From an uncultured Porphyrobacter sp. (GTDB taxonomy: Bacteria; Pseudomonadota; Alphaproteobacteria; Sphingomonadales; Sphingomonadaceae), in NCBI GenBank assembly GCA_964550495.1, contig CAZJZO010000001.1, positions 6,925 through 70,924 on the forward strand: a stretch of DNA of 64,000 nt, in the 5' to 3' direction. Both the position numbers and the translations under genes were made by a program. The notes beneath the pieces are model-generated. The model made no database searches and had not been told where the DNA came from. It saw only the letters and a list, made by a program, of their open reading frames with translations. Below are positions 9,185 through 19,821 of this stretch, piece after piece (the first letter of the stretch is position 1; each line of letters begins with the position of its first letter).

Positions 9185-10492
9185 TCACTCGATCACGCGT
9201 CCGCGCACCATCACGAAGTCCACGTTTTCCAACACGGTAACATCCTCGAGCGGATTGCCATCGACCGCGATAATATCTGCCGAGAACCCTTGCGCGATCT
9301 GTCCGATCTCGCTCTCCATCCCGATAATCTCGGCGGCGACAGTGGTCGCGCTGGCCAAAGCTTCGCGGTTGGTCATTCCGCCGGCCACCATAAGCGCGAA
9401 TTCACCGGCATTCTCACCGTGCGGGAACACACCTGCATCGGTCCCAAATGCAATCTTCACATTGTTCGCCCGCGCCCGTTCGACGATCGTTCCGGCAATC
9501 TCTGCCACAGCGCGGATCTTTTCCTCGACCACCGGCGTGTAAAATCCCTTGCCGAGATTGCGGCGGATACCTTCGAAGGCCATGAGCGTCGGGATCAGCG
9601 TAGTGCCGCTCTCGTTCATCGCCCGAGCCGCAGCTTCGTCGATATAGGTGCCGTGCTCAATCGTATGCACGCCGGCCCGCGCCGCAGCTTCGATCCCCCG
9701 CGCACCGTGAGCGTGGGCGGCAACCTTCAGGCCCAGCAGCTTGGCTGTGTCGACAATCGCTTTCATTTCCTCGGCGGTGAAATGCTCCTCAAGTCCCCTG
9801 CCCTGCTGGCTGAGAACCCCGCCCGTCGCGGTGATCTTGATCAGGTCTGCCCCGTATTTCGACGCTTCGCGCACTTTCTCGGAACATTCGATCGGCCCGG
9901 TGCAGGTGAAGCCGGAGGACAGCACATCGTTCACATGCTTGTGAAAGCCGTTTGTGTCCCCGTGCCCGCCAACGATGCTGATCGTTCGTGCGCTGGTCAC
10001 CACGCGCGGTCCGGGTACGATCCCTTCAGCGGTTGCGCGGCGCAGCATCTGCGTCACCTGATCGGTCCGTGAGCCGAGATCGCGCACCGTCGTGAACCCG
10101 GCGAGTGCCGTGATCCGCGCATTCTTGGCGGCGATCAGAGTATAGTACTCGGGCGGGGTCGTCGCCGCGCGCCAAAATTCACCGGACGGATCTCCTGAAA
10201 GGTGAGTGTGGAGATCGATCAGGCCGGGAAGGACCGTCTTGTCTTTCAGGTCGATGATCTGATGGCCTGCTGCTGCCAGGGCGCCTTCGGTCGAAACCTG
10301 CCGGTCGGTATCGGTGATAATCTCAGCGATTCGACCGTCCTCGACGACAATCAGCGCCGGACCAGTCGGCGCAGAATCAGCATTGAGGATGACACTGCCC
10401 GCCCCGATGGCGATAGTTTCCGCAACAGCGGGTGTGGCCAGGCCGGCGACCAGCGACGTCGCGGCGACAGCGAGCTTTGTGAGCAATTTCAT
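9185..10492 (-). CDS. Exported metal-dependent amidohydrolase (Xaa-Pro dipeptidase-like)
   Basis: Signal peptide MKLLTKLAVAATSLVAGLATPAVA; motifs PGLIDLHTHL, KITATGGV, AHAHG, TIEHG and FGTDAG. Confidence 0.88.
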   Translation of the reverse strand: MKLLTKLAVAATSLVAGLATPAVAETIAIGAGSVILNADSAPTGPALIVVEDGRIAEIITDTDRQVSTEGALAAAGHQIIDLKDKTVLPGLIDLHTHLSGDPSGEFWRAATTPPEYYTLIAAKNARITALAGFTTVRDLGSRTDQVTQMLRRATAEGIVPGPRVVTSARTISIVGGHGDTNGFHKHVNDVLSSGFTCTGPIECSEKVREASKYGADLIKITATGGVLSQQGRGLEEHFTAEEMKAIVDTAKLLGLKVAAHAHGARGIEAAARAGVHTIEHGTYIDEAAARAMNESGTTLIPTLMAFEGIRRNLGKGFYTPVVEEKIRAVAEIAGTIVERARANNVKIAFGTDAGVFPHGENAGEFALMVAGGMTNREALASATTVAAEIIGMESEIGQIAQGFSADIIAVDGNPLEDVTVLENVDFVMVRGRVIE

Positions 10493-10643
10493 GAGGTCTC
10501 TCCCTTTCGCGGGCCTTGATGACGCGCGATGCCGTCCAGCACAAGCTTCATCCACGGGCAAGTTGGTGCGTGTAACGTTTGCGTTAACCAGCACGCTCGT
10601 TATGAGTCGCCGCAATTTTCCACCAACCAGGGACAATTTTCGC

Positions 10644-12728
10644 ATGACCCGGCCTTTCGCCAAATCCGCCGCCCTTACAGTCACCCTGCTCGCGGGTGCC
10701 TCGCTTACCGCCACCGCCCATGCCCGACCGATGACTCCCGAAGACATCGCCAAGCTTGAAAGCGTGGGAGCGATTGCCGTCTCACCCGACGGTGCGCGGA
10801 TCGCCTACACCACCTCGAGCCTGCCCGATGTCACCGAAGGCGAGGACAATGGTGGCTTCCAGAGCGAGCTCAAGATCGCGACCGGCCCTGACACTGCGCG
10901 CGCGTTTCTACCGGATGATATCAGTCCTGGCGGTGTCGCATTTTCGCCCGATGGCCGCATGATCACTTTCCTTTGGGCCAAGGAAGACGAAGACCGTGCG
11001 GTCTGGGGCGTGCCAGTCGATGGCGGTACCTATACCAAGCTAGCGGAGGTGGAAGATACTGGTGTGCGCTCATACCGCATCAGCCCCGATGGCAGCACGA
11101 TCTACCTGTTGACCGGCCCCGGCGAAGACAAGCAACGCACCAAGCAGCGCAAAGCCGGGTTCAACTCGAAAGTGTACGAAGAAGAGTTCCGCCCGGCACG
11201 CATGTTCGCGGCGAGTGTCGGAAGCGAAGTTGACGAGAACCCGCGCGAGATTGCGCTGCCAGGCTATGTCAGCGCATTCGACATTGCTCCGGACGGTTCT
11301 TTCGCGATTGTTGAAACAGCGCCGACGCCGCTGGTTGACGACAGCTACACCAAGAAGCGGGTCAATATCCTCGACCTCGGCAGCGGCGATGTGCGCGCCG
11401 TGGTCGAAACTCCAGGCAAGATCGGCGACGTCGAAATCTCACCCGATGGTTCGATGCTCTCGTTGGTTGCCGGCGTCGACAAGAACGACCCGGCGGCCAC
11501 GACCCTGTACATGGTCAACGTTTCCACCGGAGCATTTTCGGCTGTCAACGAAGGTCAGGCTGAAGCCGTCGTAGACACCGAATGGCTCGAGGATGGTCGG
11601 CTGGCTGCAGTCGTGCATGTCGGCGCGCAATCGGTGCTGCGGCTCTACGATCCGAGCGGAAAGATCTCGGGCGAATTCGATCCGGATGGCCTGATCATCA
11701 CCCGCGTCGAAGCGGACGCGGATACGGTTGCGGTGGTCGCCAACGCCCCCCGGCATCCGAGCGAACTGTTCGTACTGGATGGCAATGCCTTCCAGCGCTG
11801 GACCTCTCACAACCCGTGGCTCGCCGATATCGACTTCGGTGAGCAACGTACCTTCACCTATTCCGCCCGCGACGGGCAGCAGGTCGAAGGGGTGCTGATC
11901 CTTCCGGTCGGCGGAGTGCCCGAAGGCGGTGCGCCCACCATCATGGATGTGCATGGCGGACCCGAAGCGCATGAAAGCAATGGCTGGCAGACCAGCTACA
12001 GCAATCCCGGCCACATCGCCGCTGGCAAGGGTTATGCGGTGTTCCTGCCTAACTACCGTGGATCGACTGCCTATGGCACCGCGTTCTCGAAGGCCCACCA
12101 GAACGACTACGCCGGCAAGGAATTCAACGATATTGTCGATGCCAAGCGTGCGCTGGCCGCAGAAGGGATCACCGATTCCGGCCGCACGGGCATTACCGGC
12201 GGCTCGTATGGCGGATATGCAACCGCATGGGGCGCAACGGCATTGAGCGAAGAATACGCCGCCGCAGTGATGTTCGTGGGCATCTCGAACCAGACCAGCA
12301 AGTTCGGCACCGGGGACATCCCGTACGAAATGTACAACGTCCACAGCCTCAAATGGCCGTGGGACGATTGGCAGGGAATGCTCGAAGTCTCGCCGGTCTA
12401 CCATGTCGACAAGGCCGACACCCCGATCCTGATCATGCATGGCGAGGAAGACACGCGCGTCGATCCGGGCCAGAGCCTCGAACTCTACCGCTCGCTCAAG
12501 GTCCGCAAGCCGGATCTCCCGGTGCGGATGGTGTTCTACCCGGGCGAAGGTCACGGCAACCGCATGGCCGGCAGCCGTTACGATTACAGCCTGCGGATGC
12601 ACGAATGGTTCGACACCTATCTGATGACGGGTGACCGCAACGCCGATATGCCCGGGCCACGCCCGCAACTGGCCGAAGGAGCAAAGGGCTCGAGCGCTGA
12701 CGATACCGATGACGACAGCGAGGATTGA
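10644..12728 (+). CDS. S9 family prolyl oligopeptidase / acylaminoacyl peptidase
   Basis: Signal peptide, beta-propeller SPDG repeats, HGGP, GGSYGG nucleophile, and D and H (GEGHG) of the triad. Start set at ATG 10644. Confidence 0.92.
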   Translation: MTRPFAKSAALTVTLLAGASLTATAHARPMTPEDIAKLESVGAIAVSPDGARIAYTTSSLPDVTEGEDNGGFQSELKIATGPDTARAFLPDDISPGGVAFSPDGRMITFLWAKEDEDRAVWGVPVDGGTYTKLAEVEDTGVRSYRISPDGSTIYLLTGPGEDKQRTKQRKAGFNSKVYEEEFRPARMFAASVGSEVDENPREIALPGYVSAFDIAPDGSFAIVETAPTPLVDDSYTKKRVNILDLGSGDVRAVVETPGKIGDVEISPDGSMLSLVAGVDKNDPAATTLYMVNVSTGAFSAVNEGQAEAVVDTEWLEDGRLAAVVHVGAQSVLRLYDPSGKISGEFDPDGLIITRVEADADTVAVVANAPRHPSELFVLDGNAFQRWTSHNPWLADIDFGEQRTFTYSARDGQQVEGVLILPVGGVPEGGAPTIMDVHGGPEAHESNGWQTSYSNPGHIAAGKGYAVFLPNYRGSTAYGTAFSKAHQNDYAGKEFNDIVDAKRALAAEGITDSGRTGITGGSYGGYATAWGATALSEEYAAAVMFVGISNQTSKFGTGDIPYEMYNVHSLKWPWDDWQGMLEVSPVYHVDKADTPILIMHGEEDTRVDPGQSLELYRSLKVRKPDLPVRMVFYPGEGHGNRMAGSRYDYSLRMHEWFDTYLMTGDRNADMPGPRPQLAEGAKGSSADDTDDDSED

Positions 12729-12747
12729 TCTTCCCGCTCATTGATCG

Positions 12748-12775
12748 AGGGCCGCCCGCCGAGGCGGCCCTTTTC
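12748..12775 (+). terminator. Intrinsic terminator
   Basis: AGGGCCGCC-cgccga-GGCGGCCCT followed by TTT. Confidence 0.7.
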
Positions 12776-12778
12776 GTA

Positions 12779-13594
12779 TCAGCGATAGAGCTGGTGAACC
12801 GCAGTCAGATTGGCATCCGCCAGTCCCTTGTCGGATGCTCTTGCAAACACCGCCTCGGTCGCCTTCGCGATCGGCATGTCTGCACCGCCAATCGCATAGC
12901 CCAAGTCCTTACGCACCAGATCGACCGGAAACATCGGATCGTCTTTCTCCGTAAGCATCAGGCCGGCGGCGGCTTGCGCTCCAGGCGATAGCAGCGGCGT
13001 TGCCCAAAGCAGTTCGATCACGCGCGCCCGATCGAGGCCGAGCGAAGGCGTTCGACCCAGCAGTTCTGCGATCAAGGCAACCTGCGCGGCGAACAGGGTG
13101 TTGGCGAGCAATTTGAGCGAAGCGCCTGCCCCGATCTCTCCAGCGTGGAGTTGCTTCGCACCGATCGCTTTGAGGATCGGTTGGGCACGCTCGATCGTAT
13201 CTGCACTCCCCCCCAACAGATGGACGAGCGCGCCAGCCTCGGCTTGCGGACGGCTTCCCAGAACCGGTGCATCGAGGAAGGCAACGCCGCATGCTTTGGC
13301 AGCTGATCCGAGGTCGCGCACACATTCCGGCGTGAGGGTCGAGCTTTCGATCATCAACGCGCGTTCTTTCAGTCCCATCAAGGCTCCATTCTTTGGGTCG
13401 AGCCAGACTTCGCGTGCAGCTTCGTCATCTCGCAGCATTGACAATGCGGCATCTGCTCCCTGAACCGCCTCGCGCGGCGTCCGGTCGCTGCCGGTGCGGT
13501 TCCAGCGGATCACGGTGAATCCTGCCGCGTCCAGCCGGTCGGCCATGCGCGATCCCATGGCGCCCTGACCGAGGACGGTGATTGTGTGTGTCAT
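12779..13594 (-). CDS. NAD(P)-dependent oxidoreductase, beta-hydroxyacid dehydrogenase family
   Basis: GQGAMG Rossmann motif, DAPVLGS and catalytic K in LKLLANT. Confidence 0.85.
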   Translation of the reverse strand: MTHTITVLGQGAMGSRMADRLDAAGFTVIRWNRTGSDRTPREAVQGADAALSMLRDDEAAREVWLDPKNGALMGLKERALMIESSTLTPECVRDLGSAAKACGVAFLDAPVLGSRPQAEAGALVHLLGGSADTIERAQPILKAIGAKQLHAGEIGAGASLKLLANTLFAAQVALIAELLGRTPSLGLDRARVIELLWATPLLSPGAQAAAGLMLTEKDDPMFPVDLVRKDLGYAIGGADMPIAKATEAVFARASDKGLADANLTAVHQLYR

Positions 13595-13652
13595 TCATTC
13601 TCTCCGGGAATGCGGGCGCGGTCGCCCAATCGCAGCCGCGCCCTGCGTAGGA

Positions 13653-14255
13653 TCAAGCGGGTTCGACTGCCTCTGCGCGAGCGGAAGTGCGGCCTTTCGG
13701 ATCGTGCCAGCGCAACGCCGGATCGTGCATGAAGTCTTCGAGTGGGGTGTGGGTCAGATGATTGGTGTAATTGCTCATCACCTTCGTCGCGATGATCGTC
13801 ACCACCTCGAGCACCTGGGCCTTGGTGAAACCGGCAGCGATGAAGGCGTCAACCGCATCGTCCCCTGCAAAACCGCGGCTTTCCGCCACTCTGGTCGCAA
13901 AGCTTCGCAGCGCTTCGAGCCGGGCATCGGGGATGGTCTCACCGTCCCGAAGTGCCGATGTCACATCCTCTGGAACGCCAACCTTGCGTGAGACGAAAGT
14001 GTGGCCGGCGGTGCAATATTCGCAGCCGTGAAAGACGTTGATGGCCTGGTAGACGACTTGCAGTTCGACGGGGCTTAGAGACGCTTCGGCAGCAATCAGT
14101 CCGAACAGGCTGTCATAGGCCTTCAAGGCCACCGGGCTCTCAGCGAGTCCGGCATGGAGTTTCGGAATGAAGCCCCAACTTTCCTTTACCGTGCCGAGCC
14201 GCTCACGGCTGCCTTCGGGCGCGCTGTCCTGAGTGTGAAGTGTGAATTGAGTCAT
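13653..14255 (-). CDS. Carboxymuconolactone decarboxylase / AhpD-like protein
   Basis: CxxC motif (GCEYCTAGH); start MTQFTLHT. Confidence 0.82.
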   Translation of the reverse strand: MTQFTLHTQDSAPEGSRERLGTVKESWGFIPKLHAGLAESPVALKAYDSLFGLIAAEASLSPVELQVVYQAINVFHGCEYCTAGHTFVSRKVGVPEDVTSALRDGETIPDARLEALRSFATRVAESRGFAGDDAVDAFIAAGFTKAQVLEVVTIIATKVMSNYTNHLTHTPLEDFMHDPALRWHDPKGRTSARAEAVEPA

Positions 14256-14354
14256 TGGTTTTCTCCTGCGGGGCGGTTCGGGGTGAACCGTCGGCGAAGC
14301 CGCAGATGGATTATTCATTATGGTTGATGTAGTACCGCAGAAGACATAATTTTC

Positions 14355-14369
14355 ATTCTCTTGAGGAAT
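14355..14369. promoter_or_regulatory. LysR-type recognition box overlapping the lysR start region
   Basis: ATTC-N7-GAAT (T-N11-A) immediately before lysR ATG 14372, in the divergent promoter. Confidence 0.5.
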
Positions 14370-14371
14370 AT

Positions 14372-15265
14372 ATGGATCGGCTATTGGCGATGCGGAACTT
14401 TGTCGCTGTGATTGACTCGGGTTCGATCAGCGCCGCGGCACAGCGGCTCGGCGTCGGTCAGCCTGCCTTGAGCAAGTCCCTCGCTGCGCTCGAAGCCTAT
14501 CTCGGTGTCAAACTGCTGGTGCGCACAACTCGCGGCAGTTCGTTGACCGATGCCGGTCGGACTTTTCTTTCCCATGCACGGGTCACGCTGGACGAGGCCG
14601 AGGCCGCCGAAGCCGCCGCCCGAGATGCCGCCACGACATTGCGCGGCCCCCTGCGAGTCGCAGCACCGCCTGTCTATGCCAGCGAAGTCATTCTCCCACG
14701 TCTCGCGGAGTTTCGCGCGCTCCATCCCGAGGTCACCATCGATCTGGTGCTGGATGATCGCCAGGTCGACCTGATCGGCGAAGGAATCGACCTTGCGCTA
14801 CGAGGAGGAGCCTTGAGCGACAGTACGATCGTGGCGCGACGAATCGATACCGGAGCCAGGATCGTGGTTGCCTCCGCAGCGTATCTCGCAAGCAAGACCT
14901 TGCCCACGCATCCTCGCGATCTGCTTGCTCATGACTGGATCGATTACTCGGCCTGGTCCGGGCGGGCATGGGACTTCAAGAAAGGTCAAGCGACAGAGTC
15001 GATCCGCTTCATGCCCAAGCTGACAATCAGCGCAGCAGAGAGCCTAAGGGTCAGCGTCCTCAACGGGCTTGGCTGTGCCATTGTCAGCGAGCGAATGGTC
15101 CAGAACGAGCTCAGCTCGCCTGAGCTGGTTCGGCTGCTCTCGGACTGGGCCCTGCCGAAAGGAGAATTCTGGCTGTGCTCGCCGGCGGGACGTCGCATGA
15201 ACGCTCGTGCCCGCGCATTCTCGGAGTGGCTCGAAACGATTATCGCCGAGCTGCCGAGCGTCTAG
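14372..15265 (+). CDS. LysR family transcriptional regulator (CrgA/DmlR-like)
   Basis: HTH SISAAAQRLGVGQPALSKSLAALEAYLGVKLLVRTTR; IDLIGEGIDLALR-type effector domain. Confidence 0.93.
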   Translation: MDRLLAMRNFVAVIDSGSISAAAQRLGVGQPALSKSLAALEAYLGVKLLVRTTRGSSLTDAGRTFLSHARVTLDEAEAAEAAARDAATTLRGPLRVAAPPVYASEVILPRLAEFRALHPEVTIDLVLDDRQVDLIGEGIDLALRGGALSDSTIVARRIDTGARIVVASAAYLASKTLPTHPRDLLAHDWIDYSAWSGRAWDFKKGQATESIRFMPKLTISAAESLRVSVLNGLGCAIVSERMVQNELSSPELVRLLSDWALPKGEFWLCSPAGRRMNARARAFSEWLETIIAELPSV

Positions 15266-16257
15266 AACGTGTAGCCGATGCCAATTCCACCGATGAACTG
15301 GTCTGCGCTTCCGCGTAGTGAGGTAAATGGCGTGTCCGCTGCGTCGCCCACCAGTCGAGTGTAACCGCCAATACCGTAGATATTGAATCCGCCATTCATC
15401 ACGTTGTTGTCGAGATCGATCGTCACAATCGCCAACGCGCCCACGCTGTTCAGGCCTCCATCGGCGGCGAATTGCGGCAATCCGCTATCGGCACTCTGTT
15501 GCGGAGTGACCGTGTAATAATAGTCGGCGAAATCATCATCGACGAAGCTCGCATTGGCGGAAAGTTGCACCGCCGCTCCGCGACCGAGCGGAGTGAAGTA
15601 TCCGATGCTGGGTTCCACCAGCATCCCGTCATGCGCGCCCAGGATGTCCCAACGCACCTGCGTTGACAGCGAGAGGCGGTCGAACCTGCTGAAGACACCG
15701 GGAAAGCTAACCCCGCCTTGCACGCCGACTTCGATTGCGGTGTCGAGATCCTCGGTCAGTTCGACCACTGCGTCTTCGATCTGGCCATCGCGATCGTTGC
15801 GAAAGCGAAAGGTTGGTCCGAAGGAAAAGCTGGTTTCCGACCGCCCCGCGCCAGGCGGCTGCGAAAGCAGGTCGAGCGCGAAGCCCGGGCCGTTGGGGCT
15901 GACGCCCACTCCGCCCACGCGCCCGACAATCAGCGGCAAAGGAAAGACATTGTAGTCATCCGAACCCGAATAGCTGGGCACCAGACCGGCACCGATCCCG
16001 ATCGTGACCCAGGTATCGTCAAACACGATATCGCCCGGCGGCATTCCTCGAGGGCTGCCATCACCCGGCCGACCTGCGGGTGGCCCTTGCGGGGACTCGC
16101 CCTGAGATTGCGCCGGCTGCCGGTCCACCGATATCCGTTCAGGCGATTTGGAACCGTCCAAACCGCCACCAGCATTGGTTTCGGCCAAGGCAGGCGACGC
16201 AAGAGCCGGCAAGACCAATGATCCTGCTGCAAGGGCTGCGATCCGGGAGTTGCGCAT
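15262..16257 (-). CDS. MipA/OmpV family outer-membrane protein
   Basis: Signal peptide from MRNSRIAAL, PSYSGSDDY motif and C-terminal GIGYTF. Confidence 0.82.
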   Translation of the reverse strand: MRNSRIAALAAGSLVLPALASPALAETNAGGGLDGSKSPERISVDRQPAQSQGESPQGPPAGRPGDGSPRGMPPGDIVFDDTWVTIGIGAGLVPSYSGSDDYNVFPLPLIVGRVGGVGVSPNGPGFALDLLSQPPGAGRSETSFSFGPTFRFRNDRDGQIEDAVVELTEDLDTAIEVGVQGGVSFPGVFSRFDRLSLSTQVRWDILGAHDGMLVEPSIGYFTPLGRGAAVQLSANASFVDDDFADYYYTVTPQQSADSGLPQFAADGGLNSVGALAIVTIDLDNNVMNGGFNIYGIGGYTRLVGDAADTPFTSLRGSADQFIGGIGIGYTF

Positions 16258-16416
16258 AATCCTGTTAACGCTCCGTAGTCTAATGCGGTCGGCAACACAT
16301 GTTCCAATGCTGATTAACGCAGCGTGTTCCTCAGCTTGTCCCTGTTCGACGGGCAAAACGCCTTTGAAATGCGCCGACATTGCCCCCGGCCCCCGGCTGC
16401 CCTAGGGCCAAGGCGC

Positions 16417-17649
16417 ATGAGCGATTCCTCGCAAGAAGTGTTGGCGGATATCGCCATTGTCGGCGGCGGCCTTGCCGGAGGGCTTATCGCGCTCGCGCTG
16501 CATCATCACGCGCCCGACACAAGGTTTGTGCTGATCGAGGCTGGCAAGACGCTCGGCGGCAATCATCGCTGGAGCTGGTTTGAAAGCGACCTCGATGCTG
16601 CCGGTCAGGAACTGCTTGCCCCGCTTCGCCAGACCGGTTGGGACAAGGGTTATGAGGTTCGTTTCCCGAAGTATCGACGCAAGCTGAAGACCGGATATCG
16701 TTCGATGTCGTCGAAGGACTTCCACGAAGCATTGAGCCGCATCCTGCCCGAAGGATCGTTGCTGTTCGGACGCAAGGCCGAGGCGATCGACGCGCGCGGC
16801 GTGGATCTCGACAATGGCGCGCGGATCAAGGCTCGCACCGTGATCGACTGCCGCAGCTTTACCCCAAGTCCTCACCTGCGTGGCGGTTGGCAAGTGTTTC
16901 TCGGGCGCCAGATTCGCCTCGATATCGCGCATGGTCTTGAACGCCCGGTGATCATGGACGCGAGCGTCGACCAGGTCGCGCCACACGGCAATGGCGGAGC
17001 ATATCGGTTCGTCTATGTCCTGCCGCTGGGCGCGCATGACGTGTTTGTCGAGGATACCTATTATGCCGACGACCCGATGCTCGATCGCAGCGCGGTCTCG
17101 GCCCGGATCGATCAATATTGCCACCAGCATGGCTGGCAGAAAGGCACGCCGGTCGGCCATGAGAGCGGCGTGCTGCCGGTGCTGACGGGAGGGGATTTCC
17201 GCGCCTATCAGGACGAGGTGCGCATACCGGGCGTCACAATCGCCGGCGCCCGCGGAGGGTTCGTCCATCCGCTCACCAGCTACACGATGCCGATCGCCGT
17301 CGGGAATGCGCTGGCAATCGCCAGAGAGGCCGATCTTCCCGGCGCACAGCTTGCCGCGATCATGGAGGCCCGTGCGCGCAAGCATTGGCGCAACACAGGA
17401 TATTACCGGCTGCTGGGAAGATTTTTGTTCTTCGCTGCGGACCCGGATCGCCGCGTGAACGTTTTCCAGAGGTTCTACGGTCTGCGAGAGGGTTTGATCG
17501 AACGCTTTTATGCCGCGCGCTCGACCAGTTTTGACCGGGTGCGCGTCCTATGGGGCAATCCGCCCGTATCTATCCCGCGCGCCATGGCTGCTATGTTCAA
17601 GCGCGGTGACCCATTGAAGAAGACCACTCCAACGGAGAATTCGGCATGA
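16417..17649 (+). CDS. crtY: Lycopene beta-cyclase
   Basis: GGGLAG, GGNHRWSW, FVYVLP, VEDTYY and HPLTSYT motifs; translationally coupled to crtI. Confidence 0.92.
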   Translation: MSDSSQEVLADIAIVGGGLAGGLIALALHHHAPDTRFVLIEAGKTLGGNHRWSWFESDLDAAGQELLAPLRQTGWDKGYEVRFPKYRRKLKTGYRSMSSKDFHEALSRILPEGSLLFGRKAEAIDARGVDLDNGARIKARTVIDCRSFTPSPHLRGGWQVFLGRQIRLDIAHGLERPVIMDASVDQVAPHGNGGAYRFVYVLPLGAHDVFVEDTYYADDPMLDRSAVSARIDQYCHQHGWQKGTPVGHESGVLPVLTGGDFRAYQDEVRIPGVTIAGARGGFVHPLTSYTMPIAVGNALAIAREADLPGAQLAAIMEARARKHWRNTGYYRLLGRFLFFAADPDRRVNVFQRFYGLREGLIERFYAARSTSFDRVRVLWGNPPVSIPRAMAAMFKRGDPLKKTTPTENSA

Positions 17650-19223
17650 ACGCTGATGCCACACTCGACCTCAACCCGCCCGTCAGCGGCGCCAAAGGCA
17701 TCAACCCGGCAATTGCGGAGAAGTACGAAGGCAAGAGCGCCTGCGTGATCGGTGCCGGTTTCGGCGGGATGGCACTGGCGATCCGGCTGCAATCGGCGGG
17801 CATCGCAACCACCGTGGTCGAGGCGCGCGACAAACCTGGTGGCCGCGCGTACTTCTGGGAGAAGGACGGCTTTACCTTTGACGCTGGCCCGACCGTCATC
17901 ACCGACCCGCCGTGTCTAAAGGAACTCTGGGAACTGACCGGTCACGACATCGCCGAGGATGTCGAATTGATGGAAGTCATGCCGTTCTACCGACTCAATT
18001 GGCCCGACGGCACCAATTTCGATTATTCGAACGACGAAGAGCAACTCAACGCCGAGATCGCCAAGCTCAACCCGGACGACGTGATCGGCTATCAGCGTTT
18101 CCTCGAATATTCCTCCGAAGTGCACGAAGAAGGCTATGTGAAGCTTGGTCACAAGCCGTTCCTCGACTTCAAGAGCATGCTCAAGGCCGCGCCAGCGCTG
18201 GTCAAGAAACAGGCCTGGCGCAGTGTGTATTCGATGGTGTCGAGCTATATAGAGAGCGAGAAACTGCGCGAGGCGCTGTCGTTCCATACACTACTGGTTG
18301 GCGGCAGCCCGATGAAGACCAGCTCGATCTACGCGCTGATCCACAAGCTCGAGAAGGACGGGGGCGTATGGTGGGCACGCGGCGGCACCAACCGTTTGAT
18401 CGCGGGCATGGTGCGCCACTTCGAACGGCTCGGGGGGACGATGCGGATCGGCGATGCGGTGAAGCAGGTTCACACGATGGGTACCCGCGCGACCGAAGTC
18501 GAAACCGCCAGCGGCTGGAAGCAACGCTTCGACGCGGTCGCCTCCAATGCCGACATCATGCATTCCTACAAGGATCTTCTCGGCCAGTCGCAGCGCGGAC
18601 AGAAATACGCCAAGTCGCTGGGTCGCAAGAGCTTCTCTCCGTCGCTGTTTGTCGTCCATTTCGGGCTCGAAGGTACGTGGCCGGGCATCCCGCACCACAT
18701 GATCCTGTTCGGCCCGCGCTACAAAGGCCTGGTCGACGACATCTACAAGAACGGCGTGCTGCCGCAGGATTTCTCGATCTATCTGCACCACCCGACGGTG
18801 AGCGATCCGAGCATGGCTCCTGCCGGCAAGAGCACATTCTACGCGCTCGTTCCGGTCGCTCACATGGGCAAGATGCCAATCGATTGGGATGTGGAGGGGC
18901 CGAAGCTGGAGAAGGCGATCCTCGATGAGGTTGGCCGCCGCCTGATCCCCGACATCCACGACCGGATCGTCACGAAGTTCAGTTATGCGCCGAAGGATTT
19001 CCAGCATGATCTCAACGCGCATATGGGGAGCGCGTTCAGCCTTGAGCCGGTGCTGTGGCAAAGCGCCTATCTGCGCGGCCACAACCGCGACGACGTGATC
19101 GAGAACTTCTATCTGGTCGGCGCCGGCACGCATCCGGGTGCGGGCATTCCCGGCGTGGTCGGCAGCGCCAAGGCCACAGCGGGTATTGTTCTGGGGGATT
19201 TGGCCGCTAAGCAGACGGCATGA
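17646..19223 (+). CDS. crtI: Phytoene desaturase
   Basis: GAGFGG, FDAGPTVIT and C-terminal LVGAGTHPGAGIPGVVGSAKATA. Confidence 0.96.
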   Translation: MNADATLDLNPPVSGAKGINPAIAEKYEGKSACVIGAGFGGMALAIRLQSAGIATTVVEARDKPGGRAYFWEKDGFTFDAGPTVITDPPCLKELWELTGHDIAEDVELMEVMPFYRLNWPDGTNFDYSNDEEQLNAEIAKLNPDDVIGYQRFLEYSSEVHEEGYVKLGHKPFLDFKSMLKAAPALVKKQAWRSVYSMVSSYIESEKLREALSFHTLLVGGSPMKTSSIYALIHKLEKDGGVWWARGGTNRLIAGMVRHFERLGGTMRIGDAVKQVHTMGTRATEVETASGWKQRFDAVASNADIMHSYKDLLGQSQRGQKYAKSLGRKSFSPSLFVVHFGLEGTWPGIPHHMILFGPRYKGLVDDIYKNGVLPQDFSIYLHHPTVSDPSMAPAGKSTFYALVPVAHMGKMPIDWDVEGPKLEKAILDEVGRRLIPDIHDRIVTKFSYAPKDFQHDLNAHMGSAFSLEPVLWQSAYLRGHNRDDVIENFYLVGAGTHPGAGIPGVVGSAKATAGIVLGDLAAKQTA

Positions 19224-19810
19224 GCACAATGAAACGGCTGGCCGTCTATTGCGGATCTGCCTCACCCGACGACCCACGCTATCTCGAACTCGCGACCGAA
19301 GTGGGCGCGGGCCTTGCGACACGCGGAATTGGCGTGGTCTATGGCGGAGGACGGCTCGGTCTGATGGGCGCGGTTGCCAAGGGCGCGAAGGACGCGGGCG
19401 GCGAAGTGATCGGAGTGATACCCGAAGCGCTGGTCAACTCCGAAGTCGCCAACCATGCCTGCGATGAGCTCATCACCGTCACGGGCATGCACGAACGCAA
19501 GCAGCGCTTCACCGACCTCAGCGATGGCTTCGTTACAATTCCCGGCGGGGTCGGCACCATGGACGAGCTATGGGAAGCGATGAGCTGGGCCCAGCTGGGC
19601 TATCACTCGGACCCGGTCGGGCTGCTCAACGCATTCGGCTTCTACGATGACCTACTCAAGTTCAACGCGAAGATGGCCGAAGTCGGCTTTGTCCGTCCGG
19701 CGCACCAGAACATCCTCGTCGCCGCCGACACGCTCAATGAGCTGCTTGCCAAGATGACCGCCTATCAGCCGCACACCCCGATCTTCCGCATGAAGGCCGA
19801 GGATCTGTAG
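19220..19810 (+). CDS. LOG family (TIGR00730-type) nucleotide phosphoribohydrolase
   Basis: VYCGSA, YGGGRLGLMG, MHERK and PGGVGTMDE motifs. Confidence 0.92.
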   Translation: MSTMKRLAVYCGSASPDDPRYLELATEVGAGLATRGIGVVYGGGRLGLMGAVAKGAKDAGGEVIGVIPEALVNSEVANHACDELITVTGMHERKQRFTDLSDGFVTIPGGVGTMDELWEAMSWAQLGYHSDPVGLLNAFGFYDDLLKFNAKMAEVGFVRPAHQNILVAADTLNELLAKMTAYQPHTPIFRMKAEDL

Positions 19811-19821
19811 GTAGCCAACCG

